A DNA stretch of 64,000 nucleotides from positions 365,824-429,823 of the forward strand of contig CAWHCF010000049.1 in NCBI GenBank assembly GCA_963827655.1. Reading direction: 5' to 3'. A program made the position numbers and the translations under genes. Under the pieces are notes generated by a model. That model had not been told where the DNA came from, did not search any database, and saw only the letters and a program-made list of their open reading frames with translations. This document shows, one piece after another, positions 41,285 to 50,090 of this stretch (the first letter of the stretch is position 1; each line of letters starts with the position of its first letter). This DNA is from an uncultured Acidobacteriota bacterium (GTDB taxonomy: Bacteria; Acidobacteriota; UBA6911).

Positions 41285-42574
41285 ATGAGTCTTGCAAGGA
41301 TCGTATTCTGCGCTGTTTCGATAATTCTGGGGCTGCCCCTCAAGGGGCAGGAGCCGGTGCCGGGCAATCCCGCCGATGTTATCCGGGAGGGTCAAAATCA
41401 GAAGAGAGCGTTAAGAATCGTCGAGGGTGTCTATCAGGCGGTTGGTTTCGGCAACACCTTCATGGTGACCACGAGCGAAGGGAACGTGATCATCGATACC
41501 TCGCTCGCCGCGGGAGCTGCCCACCACGTTAAACTCCTCAAGGCCGAGAATGCCGGGCCGATCCGATATATCATTCTGACCCATGGGCACGGAGACCACA
41601 CCGGCGGTGTGGGGCTGTGGAGAGAACCGGGCACCGCTATCATTGCGCAAAGAAACCATGTTGAATTCATGCACTACCAGGCGCGACTGCACGGATTCTT
41701 CGGATTGCGTAATGCGGCACAGTTCGCTCTGCCCAGGCCGGCGGGCCGCGAGTGGCCCGGCAACTACGGCGCGAAGATCGAGCCCAGCCTCTTGTTCGAC
41801 GACAGACATGAGTTCACCCTCGGCGCGACCAAATTCGAGCTGTATCACACGCCGGGCGAAACACCGGATCATCTCACGGTGTGGCTGCCGCAGAGTAAGG
41901 CCGCCTTCGTGGGCGATAACTATTACCAGTCATTTCCCAACATCTACACCTTGCGCGGCACGCAGCCGCGGTGGGCATTGGACTACATCCATTCGCTTGA
42001 CAAGGTCCTGTCGCTCAAGCCCGAGGTCGTTCTGCCGAGTCACGGTCCGCCTATCCACGGCAATGCGGAGATTACCCGCCTTCTGACGCGCTACCGCGAT
42101 GCCGTTCAATACGTACACGACGAGACGGTGAAAGGGATGAACGCGGGCAAGGATGTTTTTACCCTGATGCGCGAGATCAAGCTTCCCGCCGCACTGGATG
42201 TGGGTGAAGGTTACGGCAAGTTGAGCTGGTCGATACGAGGCATTTACGAAGGGTACGCCGGATGGTTTGACTTGAATCCGGCCACGATGTACGAGGTGCC
42301 TTCGTCTTCTGTTCACGCGGACCTTGTAAGGCTTGCCGGCGGGGCTGGTGCCATTGTCAAGCTGGCGACGGAACGAGTCGAGGGCGGCCGGGCCGTCGAG
42401 GCATTACACCTGATCGAGGCCGCTCTGGCTGCTGATCCGGACAGCCGCCCGGCGCTCGAGGTCCGGCTCAAGGCGCTCCAGTCTCTTCGGGACCGGTCCC
42501 GCAACAGCAATGAGCGCGGGTGGCTGGATTACAGCATAGGCGTTACCAAAGGTAAGCTTGTGGGAAAACAATGA
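41285..42574 (+). CDS. Secreted MBL-fold metallo-hydrolase, alkyl/aryl-sulfatase-like (MBL + dimerisation + SCP2-like C-domain architecture)
   Basis: Signal peptide; YIILTHGHGDHTGG metallo-beta-lactamase motif; ~430 aa, consistent with the SdsA1-like layout. Confidence 0.75.
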   Translation: MSLARIVFCAVSIILGLPLKGQEPVPGNPADVIREGQNQKRALRIVEGVYQAVGFGNTFMVTTSEGNVIIDTSLAAGAAHHVKLLKAENAGPIRYIILTHGHGDHTGGVGLWREPGTAIIAQRNHVEFMHYQARLHGFFGLRNAAQFALPRPAGREWPGNYGAKIEPSLLFDDRHEFTLGATKFELYHTPGETPDHLTVWLPQSKAAFVGDNYYQSFPNIYTLRGTQPRWALDYIHSLDKVLSLKPEVVLPSHGPPIHGNAEITRLLTRYRDAVQYVHDETVKGMNAGKDVFTLMREIKLPAALDVGEGYGKLSWSIRGIYEGYAGWFDLNPATMYEVPSSSVHADLVRLAGGAGAIVKLATERVEGGRAVEALHLIEAALAADPDSRPALEVRLKALQSLRDRSRNSNERGWLDYSIGVTKGKLVGKQ

Positions 42575-42648
42575 GGGAAAGGGTCCACCTCTCTTGACGG
42601 GCTTTCCCGCTGCGCTGGAGACGCGAATGTATTGAGGCTTGACGGCCG

Positions 42649-43089
42649 TTGAGAGGGTTGAGCGCTATGGGACGAAGCGTATTGGCCGTGTTGCTGGGTG
42701 TCGTAGTTGGCGGTCTTCTGGTTGCAGCAGTCGAATTCGTGAGCCATTTGATCTATCCGCCGCCACCGGGCCTGGACCCAGCCAACATCGAGGCATTGAA
42801 GGCGGCGATGGCGAACGCTCCGGCCGGTGCTCTTCTGTTTGTCCTGCTCGCATGGGCCTTAGGCAGTCTTGGGGGAGGCTGGCTCGCGGCGAGCATTGCG
42901 CGCCGCTCTCACACACGGCACGCCCTGATTGTGGGGGCAGTCCTGATGGCGATGGGAATCCTGAATATGGTGATGATTCCCCATCCACCATGGTTCTGGC
43001 TTGCCGCGCTGGTACTTTTTCTTCCCGCCGCCTACCTGGGAGCGAGGCTGGCCAGGCCGGGAGTGCCGCCGGAAACCTCGCGTGCGTGA
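42649..43089 (+). CDS. Small integral membrane protein (3-4 TM helices), unknown function
   Basis: Hydrophobic helices: VLAVLLGVVVGGLLVAAV, ALLFVLLAWALGSLGGGWLAA, ALIVGAVLMAMGILNMVMI, WFWLAALVLFLPAAYLGA. Confidence 0.5.
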   Translation: MRGLSAMGRSVLAVLLGVVVGGLLVAAVEFVSHLIYPPPPGLDPANIEALKAAMANAPAGALLFVLLAWALGSLGGGWLAASIARRSHTRHALIVGAVLMAMGILNMVMIPHPPWFWLAALVLFLPAAYLGARLARPGVPPETSRA

Positions 43090-43386
43090 ACGATCCGGGC
43101 ACATATTCCTTGCCCAAGAATCGGTTTTGGTCTACGTTACTCTCCAGCGCGGCGCCCAATTGGGATCGCGGCGAATGCCTATGATTGTCGTCTGATTTTG
43201 AGCAGGTTGTAGCCGGCTTCGGGCGGCGGAATGAACGCCGCTTGCCAGACGGTAAGGTCTGCTCAACCCTCCACTCGAAAAACACCAGCCATTTCCGGCG
43301 TTGTTCGCTTCGCGAGCAGCGGATCGCCTCGTCTACGTGACGAGGCTGGCTGCCCTGCTGTTGTGATCCGACAACCGAAACCAGAA

Positions 43387-44493
43387 ATGGCAAAACAGAA
43401 CATCGATTCTCTCAGACTCAGGAGACAGAAAGTGGCGACGCTCGAAGCATTAGGGTGGAATTCGTTTTTTGCGGAGCAAGCGCGCAGGTTTCCTGGCCTC
43501 GCGCCCGCGCGGGTGACGGTAGAGCACAAGCATTTCTATCGTGTCGTCGTGGAGTGCGGCGAGATGCGTGCGGAGGTGGCTGGCCGGCTGCGTCATCAGG
43601 CGACAGGAAGGGACGGCTTTCCGGCGGTGGGCGACTGGGTGCTCGTCCAGCCTCGGCCACTGGAGAAGCGCGCGACGATTCATCGCATTCTTGATCGCCG
43701 AAGCAAGCTCTCGCGCAAGGCAGCCGGCCTCGAGACGCAGGAGCAGATCCTCGTCGCGAACATCAATACCGTGTTTCTGCTCCAGTCGCTCAACCGGGAC
43801 TTCAACCCGCGGCGCCTGGAGCGCTATCTCACGATGGCGTGGGATAGCGGCGCGAATCCGGTTGTGCTGTTGACGAAGCTGGATCTCTGCCGGGACGTGA
43901 GGCCCTTTCTTGACCAGGTGGAAGTCGTTGCCGCCGGCGTCCCGGTTCATGCCTTGAGCGCGATCACCGGTGACGGGCTCGAAAGCCTCGACCCGTATCT
44001 CGGGATCGGCCAATCCGTGGTGATGCTGGGCTCATCCGGTGTCGGAAAGAGCACGCTGGTTAACCACCTCGCAGGCGCCCATCTCCTCGAGGTTGGGGAA
44101 ATCCGGTACGACGATGATCGAGGCCGGCATACAACCGCACAGCGGCAGCTGATCCTTCTTCCGCGCGGCGGCATCGTGATCGACACGCCCGGAATGCGCG
44201 AGCTTCAACCGTGGGCCGCCGGACTCGATAGGACGTTTGCCGACGTCGAAGATCTTGCGCGCGAGTGCCGTTTCCGCGATTGCAAGCACGAAGCCGAGCC
44301 CGGTTGCCGCGTGCGGACCGCCCTCCAGGAGGGGATCCTCGATGCGGCGCGCTTTCACAGCTACCGGAAGCTGGGTGCGGAGTTGAAGTACCTCGAGCGC
44401 CGGCGCGACGCATTCGGCATGGCGCAAGAGAAAGAGAAGTGGAAAAAGATTCACAAGGCCCACAACAGGATGATGCGCGAGCGCGGCCGCTGA
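43387..44493 (+). CDS. rsgA: Ribosome small-subunit-dependent GTPase A
   Basis: OB-fold N-domain. Circularly permuted GTPase motifs: LLTKLDL (G4), MLGSSGVGKSTLVN (G1), DTPG (G3). C-terminal zinc-finger cysteines CRFRDCKHEAEPGC. ATG 43387 chosen within the longer ORF. Confidence 0.9.
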   Translation: MAKQNIDSLRLRRQKVATLEALGWNSFFAEQARRFPGLAPARVTVEHKHFYRVVVECGEMRAEVAGRLRHQATGRDGFPAVGDWVLVQPRPLEKRATIHRILDRRSKLSRKAAGLETQEQILVANINTVFLLQSLNRDFNPRRLERYLTMAWDSGANPVVLLTKLDLCRDVRPFLDQVEVVAAGVPVHALSAITGDGLESLDPYLGIGQSVVMLGSSGVGKSTLVNHLAGAHLLEVGEIRYDDDRGRHTTAQRQLILLPRGGIVIDTPGMRELQPWAAGLDRTFADVEDLARECRFRDCKHEAEPGCRVRTALQEGILDAARFHSYRKLGAELKYLERRRDAFGMAQEKEKWKKIHKAHNRMMRERGR

Positions 44494-44620
44494 ACGGACG
44501 AGTGGGCCGATCGTAACCATTTAGATGAATCTTGGTTACCGTTTGCCACCGGCGAACAGCGTGTCTAGTGGTCTTCTGTTTCGTGTCACTGCGTGGTCAT
44601 CTTATGAGTCTTCGGCGACA

Positions 44621-47600
44621 TTACAGGCGGATTTCGGCCTCGCGGGCAGGCAGGATGCGCACCGGCCCCAGGAGCCCGGATGCGAGCAGCGGCGTGCTCT
44701 TATTCCAGCGCGCGTTGGTGCGCGCAAGCTCCGATGCTTCCGACAGCGCCTGACCGGTCAAGCGATTTGACCACGTGTTGGCCACTTCCACCTCCAGGCG
44801 GTTCGTGCCGGCGTCTGCCGCTTGAGTGATCTCGAGCCGGAACGGTCGGGTCCAGCAGATTCCTGCTTCTTTGCCGTTAAGGCGGAGGCGGGCGATCACG
44901 CGCACATCACCCAGGTCGAGAAACAGGCGCAGACCGGGTTCGAAAAGCTCACCAGGGAGGTCGACCGTCTTACTGTAAGTGGCGATTCCGGAGAAATACT
45001 TGATCCCCGGCTCGGTGTTTTCCGTCCATGACACCAGCCTCGGGAAAGTTGTCGAGACGGGCGCTCCCCAGCCCTCGCCGAAACGAACGTCCCACGGTCC
45101 GGCGATCTCAACTGCCGGAGGCATCCTGTCCAGCGTACAGTTCGACTGCCGACCGGCACGGACCCGGTAAGAGCCGGGACTGAACGAGAGCAGCTTCACG
45201 CGGTCTTGATCCGGCATCGACACTTCAACCGATGGGAGATGCTCGATCGCCATGTTGGCCGCGACCGCCTGTCCATCGCGGACAATTGTTAAAGGTTCCG
45301 AGTTCGTGGACCGGTCGAACACCACGAACGACGAGCCGAGGGGTGGGAGAACGAGTGGAACGCGCGTACCGCCGCCGTCGGCTCCGGATACGGGCAGCGG
45401 GTGCCTGACACCGGTCACGGGATCCCAGAGATTCGGCCGGCCCTTTTGCGCGAAAGACGCAATCAGCCGGGGCCCATTCTTCGCCCTTGTTGCGGACGAA
45501 GTAGACGTCGCGAGGGCCGTCCCGGCGATGGATGTAATCGAGATCGATTTGGCCGCCACGGCCCGAGAAAGAGAAATCCGGCCGCAATCCGCGGCGTCGC
45601 AGAATCTCGGCGATGGACACGCCGCAATAGACCATGCCCTTACCGTGCGCCCGCTCTCGGATCCGTACGCCATCGCAATCGCCCCAGAGCCTGGAAGCAA
45701 GATCCCGCACCCTGGCGTCGCAATCGGGATAGTCCCTCAGGCCTGTGGCGCGCCGGGGCCTCGGCCCGGAAACAGTCGCGCCTTCGCGGACCAGTTGCTC
45801 GATCCGTTCGAGAACCTCGACATCCAGGTCGCGGCGATCAGGCAAGACGAGCACTTCGTAGCTCAAACCATCAGGGAGGACCAACCTGCGGTTTTTGACC
45901 ACGATTCGGTTCAGGAGCGCATCCGAGTTCGTGGTGTCGAAGTCGTAGCCGGTGGGCAAGCCGATTTCGGCCGCGGAGCTTTTTTCAGGCGCGAAGTTGA
46001 AGCCCCGCTCGCCGTAGTAGTAGCAGATGTCGGCGACGAACAAGCCCTGCCGCAGGAACCAGGAGCAGCGGGCAAGGTAATCGAGAAACGGGTTGACCAT
46101 TGGCCACCAGGTTTCGTTCGGGCCGAAGTGAGTGCCGGCGTGATAGACCCATCCAGGCTTGCCCGCCTGCTCGGGCACGTGCGGCATGGTATGCCAGACG
46201 AAGTGATTGGCGCCGTCGCAGAAAGCGCGGTCGGCAATTTCTTTGATGTCACGTGGGCCGTCCTGCCAGTGCCGGAAGCTGGTGAATGCTTCCATTTGCA
46301 CCAGAGGCCGGCCGTAAATGTGGGCTGCCGAAGCGGTCTCTTTCACCACCCAGGTCTGCCGTCCCTTCCAGAATTCGCCTCGGGGAATGTCCAGAGCGCC
46401 CTGGGCTCTGAGCGCATCGACGGGGACCTGGTGCAATGGCCAGCCGGGGCCGCCGGCTTCGGCGACCAGCTTCAGCCCGTACTCTGAAGCGGTCTCCCGG
46501 GTCACGCGGTAGAAGTTATCGATAAACAGGTCACTGACGGTGCGACGGTAATCGATGCGGAAGCGTTCCGACACGTCTTCGTCTGCAACTACGGCGCCCG
46601 CCAGTACCGGCAGATAGCGGCGCGGGTCGTAGCCGCGCCGGCGACGGAATTCCTCGATAAAGTTCGGAGTCCAGATCGAGCCACGGACCTCGTAGCTGCA
46701 CGCATAAAAATACTTCAGCGCCGTCTTGCGAAGATCGCCCAGCTCCGCGCGCAGGCGCTCCAGCATATGCCGCGTGTGCATGCGGGCTGCATCCGCGCTG
46801 AAGTGATCGATAATGAAACCATCGGAGTGCGGGCTGGGGGCTTTCAGCTTTTCTCCGTTATTGGCCGCGATGAATCGGTACACAATCCATTTTCCGGCAG
46901 GGACGTCCCAGGTGAGGCGGTTGTGCGCGTCGAGACGGCTCGTCAGGTCCAGGATCTCCGATGGATCTCTGACCAGGGGAGGAGCCCCGCTCACGGCGGC
47001 CCAGCTACCCTCGGGGCCGGTCAACCGCCCATCATAGATATTTTCGGCCATCCACTCGCGCTCGAGGCCAGCCTCCGTGGTGAAGCGCACCAGGCCCCCG
47101 ACCGTCTTGCGGCCGTCGGCCGTCTGGACTGTCACGACGTTGTGGCGTCGGCCGAGAACGCTTCGAACTCAGCCAGCGCCACGCGGCCACCGGGATCATG
47201 ACCGGAGACGACGCGGAGCTTCAGGAACTTCGCGCGAGCGGGCGGAATCGTAAAGGATTGTGCTCCCGTGCGGGCCTGCAGGGTACCGCGAAATGCTTCA
47301 CGGAAATCCGAGGCATCGCTTCCCGATTCCGAAGCGTAGATGACAAACTCTTTGACGGATGAGTCCGACGCGGCATTGTGCAGCGTCACGCGGTTCACGG
47401 TGTGAGTCCCCGGGGCGAGATCGAAGACGAAGTCGAAACCCGGCCAGCTCTCATCAGCCGAAAGTGCGAGCACGGCCACGTCGTTGTAGTAGGCGGGCGA
47501 GCCGTCGAGGTTTCGCGGCACCGGCGCGGGAAGCTTCGGGAAGGGCAATACCTCGGAGAAAGTGGCAGGTCCCTGGACGGTCATGCGCGACCAATACAGT

Positions 47601-48025
47601 CCCTTGCTTGCGTGGTTCGGGCCGACCCACGATCCGCCGGAGTTCCAACTGCTGGCGTTGGTAAGGCCGACTTCCATGCCTAGACGTCCGGCTTCGCGCA
47701 CGGCGTGAGCGATCGCCTGGAGAGACTCCGTCCCCATGTATGCAGGTCCGGCTGGCACGCGATCGCCCGCGCGAGCCCCGATTTCCAGGATGTAGACGGC
47801 GCTGATGCCTGCTTTCTTCAGCTCCTCCAGTTCGCGGGTCATGCTGCGCCTGTCGGTGAATCCATTCAGCCATACCCAGTAGGTGGACGGGCGCGCCTCC
47901 CAGGGCGGATCGGCGAAGTGGGATACGTCCGCGTCGGCGCGCAGTTGTCGCGCTGCCAGCAAGGCGCCGCCGGCAATGAGAAATTCGCGGCGATTCAATC
48001 GGGTCTCCGCCATGGCCTCGCTCAA
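44621..48025 (-). pseudogene. Large (~1130 aa) Tat-secreted glycoside-hydrolase-like protein with inserted discoidin-like domain and GH2-type sugar-binding-like C-terminal domain; split over 3 ORFs (4-nt overlap at 47132-47135; frame change within 45225-45700)
   Basis: 47132-48025: Tat signal RREFLIAGGALLAA, TIM-barrel start (YWVWLNGF…AVYILEIG) and an F5/8-type-C-like segment. 45225-47135: …KYFYACSYEVRGSIWTPNFIEEFRRRRGYDPRRYLPVLAG…. 44621-45700: …RLFLDLGDVRVIARLRLNGKEAGICWTRPFRLEIT…NRLEVEVANTWSNRL. Could alternatively be 2-3 translationally coupled genes. Confidence 0.55.
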
Positions 48026-48045
48026 AAATAGAAGCGCAACGCGCC

Positions 48046-48130
48046 TGGTGCTTCTTCGTGTCTTTCAGTCTTAACGGTATTTGTCAGACAGCTCCAACCA
48101 CGAAGACACGAAGGAACACTAAGTCGGTTG
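48046..48130. repeat. REP-like extragenic inverted repeat pair (ggtgcttcttcgtgtctttcag … aaccacgaagacacgaaggaacactaag)
   Basis: Two arms in opposite orientation separated by ~30 nt. Same family as 10682-10740. Confidence 0.6.
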
Positions 48131-48226
48131 GTTCATAATTACGCCGACGTATTGGGCAGAGTCGGAGTCGGCTGTGTTGTTGCCTAGGGCCGAAGGCCCG
48201 TCAGTGAGTAGCCCCGCCCGTAAGGG

Positions 48227-48300
48227 CGGGGTTTTCAAAGGGTCCCTGACACGAGGTCCGAAGGACCGGCACTCCGGCTGTGTCGCACCTTCGGCGCTCC
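48227..48300. repeat. ~75-bp dispersed hairpin-rich repeat (copy 2), preceded by ccccgcccgtaagggcgggg and gggccgaaggccc hairpins
   Basis: ccctgacacgaggtccgaaggaccggcactccggctgtgtcgcaccttcggcgctcc matches 23265-23322. Confidence 0.6.
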
Positions 48301-48435
48301 TTTTTAATATTGCAAGTATGATCCCGGCCTTACGGCCGGGCCTACTCTCTGGCGGCCCTTCAGGCCTTACTGCCAAAATACAGTCACCGTAATTGCGAAC
48401 AGCAGCACTAAGGACGAATTTTTGAAGCTCTGTAC

Positions 48436-49428
48436 TCAGGTTGCGCTCCGCTGCATCTCTCGTCCGCTGTCGGGGAGGTTAAGCTTCCACCAGGATTCCG
48501 CGTGGGTTTGGGTCCAGCGGGCTCCCAATTCCACCTTATTCAATTCTTCCCAGAGTTCCAAGGCTGAAGAAGGCCTATCCGTTGGCAGCTTTTCCAGGCA
48601 GGCGAGAACGATGTCGTCAAGAGTTGCGGGAATGTGGAGCTTGCACTCTTGCGATGGCGGGGAAGGTTTCCGCTGAGTATGCTCGAGCATCAGTTGGACC
48701 ACGTTGTCGGCTTCAAAAGGAGGTCGTCCGGTCAGCATCCAGTAAGCCACGCACCCGACGCCGTACAAGTCCGCCCTGTGGTCCACCGCCTGTCCGAGGA
48801 TTACTTCCGGTGCCGCGAAGGCAGGCGTCCCCACGAAGCCGCCGGTGCCGGTAACCGTCGTCTGCTCGCACGCTGCCCCCTCCTTGACCATTCCAAAATC
48901 CAGTACCTTGAGAAAGTCGTATTCGGAACCCATCTTGCACACGAAAATGTTGCCCGGCTTGATATCTCGATGGACGAGTCCGGCTTCGTGCGCCTCGGTC
49001 AGGGAACGGCACGTCTGTTGCAACAACATGGCGGCGAGCTGCATGGCCATCATCCCGGTATAGTGCATGGCGCCGATTCCAAGACCCATCAACATGCCAC
49101 TCAGCAGGAGAAGCGGAACACTCCACTGCTTCCGGCTCATCATCAACAAAACGACTCCTGCCGCCAGAACCGATGGGATCACCGACAACAACGTTGTCTG
49201 GATATCGTAGGTGACAGGAATCGGCAGGCGCAGGGCCAGCATGCCGATGAAGTGCATTGCCCATACGCCCATTCCCATAGTCGCGGCGCCGGCGACGAGC
49301 CAGGCGGCGAGGGTCGACGTTTTCTCCGATCCCTTAATGCGACCGGACAGTCCGAAGACCGCATAAGAGGCGATGGAAGCAATCACAACGGAGACTGCTA
49401 CAAGCTCCGGGTTGTAGGAAGCTGGCAG
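48436..49428 (-). CDS. Chimeric MHYT-domain (membrane sensor) N-terminus fused in-frame to a Ser/Thr-kinase C-lobe lacking the ATP-binding N-lobe; probable CTG start with strong SD
   Basis: MHFIGM and MHYTGM motifs in TM helices, then directly …AAMLLQQTCRSLTEAHEAGLVHRDIKPGNIFV…DFGMVK…APE… (kinase subdomains VIb-XI only). Upstream in frame there is no ATG/GTG/TTG, but aaggag + 7 nt + CTG at 49428 gives LVPIKFLTGSSSVDLALPASYNPELVAVSV…, the typical MHYT N-terminus. Confidence 0.55.
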   Translation of the reverse strand: MPASYNPELVAVSVVIASIASYAVFGLSGRIKGSEKTSTLAAWLVAGAATMGMGVWAMHFIGMLALRLPIPVTYDIQTTLLSVIPSVLAAGVVLLMMSRKQWSVPLLLLSGMLMGLGIGAMHYTGMMAMQLAAMLLQQTCRSLTEAHEAGLVHRDIKPGNIFVCKMGSEYDFLKVLDFGMVKEGAACEQTTVTGTGGFVGTPAFAAPEVILGQAVDHRADLYGVGCVAYWMLTGRPPFEADNVVQLMLEHTQRKPSPPSQECKLHIPATLDDIVLACLEKLPTDRPSSALELWEELNKVELGARWTQTHAESWWKLNLPDSGREMQRSAT

Positions 49429-49820
49429 GGCCAGGTCAACGGAAGAACTGCCGGTTAGAAACTTGATGGGAACCAGTTGCTGACTCCTTTCACGGCCATG
49501 CGGGAGGGCACATCAATCGGATACTCGACCTCGGTCGCATTTTGCAACTCTGATAGGAAGGGCTCCCTCTCCAGGGTCGAATCGACCATGAGAAGGTCTG
49601 TCCGGCATTCAGGTATTTCAGTTCCGCTATACGGCAGCATGCCGCATTATAACCCTGTCCGCTGGTTATGAGATGCCTGGACGGCCGAGGCCTGCCGCTG
49701 CAGGACAATCCAGATGCGTAGCCGACTTAATGTTTTTCCTGGTCCGGCGAACACGCCGGCCTTGGTCCAAAGCAGGCGTTGCAGGTAACGTAGCTCGGAG
49801 ATCACGCGAGGGGGGATTGA

Positions 49821-50087
49821 GTGTCCTTTCTACTTAAGTGCCCTAATTGCGGTGAACGCAGCGTGTACGAATTTCGCTTCGGGGGAGAATACCGGCCGCG
49901 TCCCGCACGGGATGCGCCGGATTCTGCGTGGGTCGAATACGTGTATTCACGAGAAAACAAAAACGGCGTGCACCGGGAGTGGTGGTACCACCGCGACGGG
50001 TGCGGAGCCTGGTTTCTGGCCCAGAGGGACACGGTCACCAATAACGTTCTGACAACCGTATGGCCCGAGAGTGCCACACAGGATTAA
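49821..50087 (+). CDS. soxD: Sarcosine oxidase delta subunit
   Basis: 88 aa; GTG start with SD gagggggg; N-terminal C-P-N-C-G zinc ribbon (LLKCPNCGERSVYEFRFGGEY) typical of SoxD. Confidence 0.8.
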   Translation: MSFLLKCPNCGERSVYEFRFGGEYRPRPARDAPDSAWVEYVYSRENKNGVHREWWYHRDGCGAWFLAQRDTVTNNVLTTVWPESATQD

Positions 50088-50090
50088 TGC

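Noticed and set aside
45252-46487. 411-aa plus-strand ORF inside the glycoside-hydrolase region (also 33623-34954 +, 51816-52913 -, 53650-54834 -, 17202-17957 -, 24225-24995 +, 29166-29939 -)
   Set aside because: All are long stop-free antisense or off-frame reads of well-supported genes in GC-rich sequence. Compositionally biased (R/G/A/P-rich) and without recognisable motifs.
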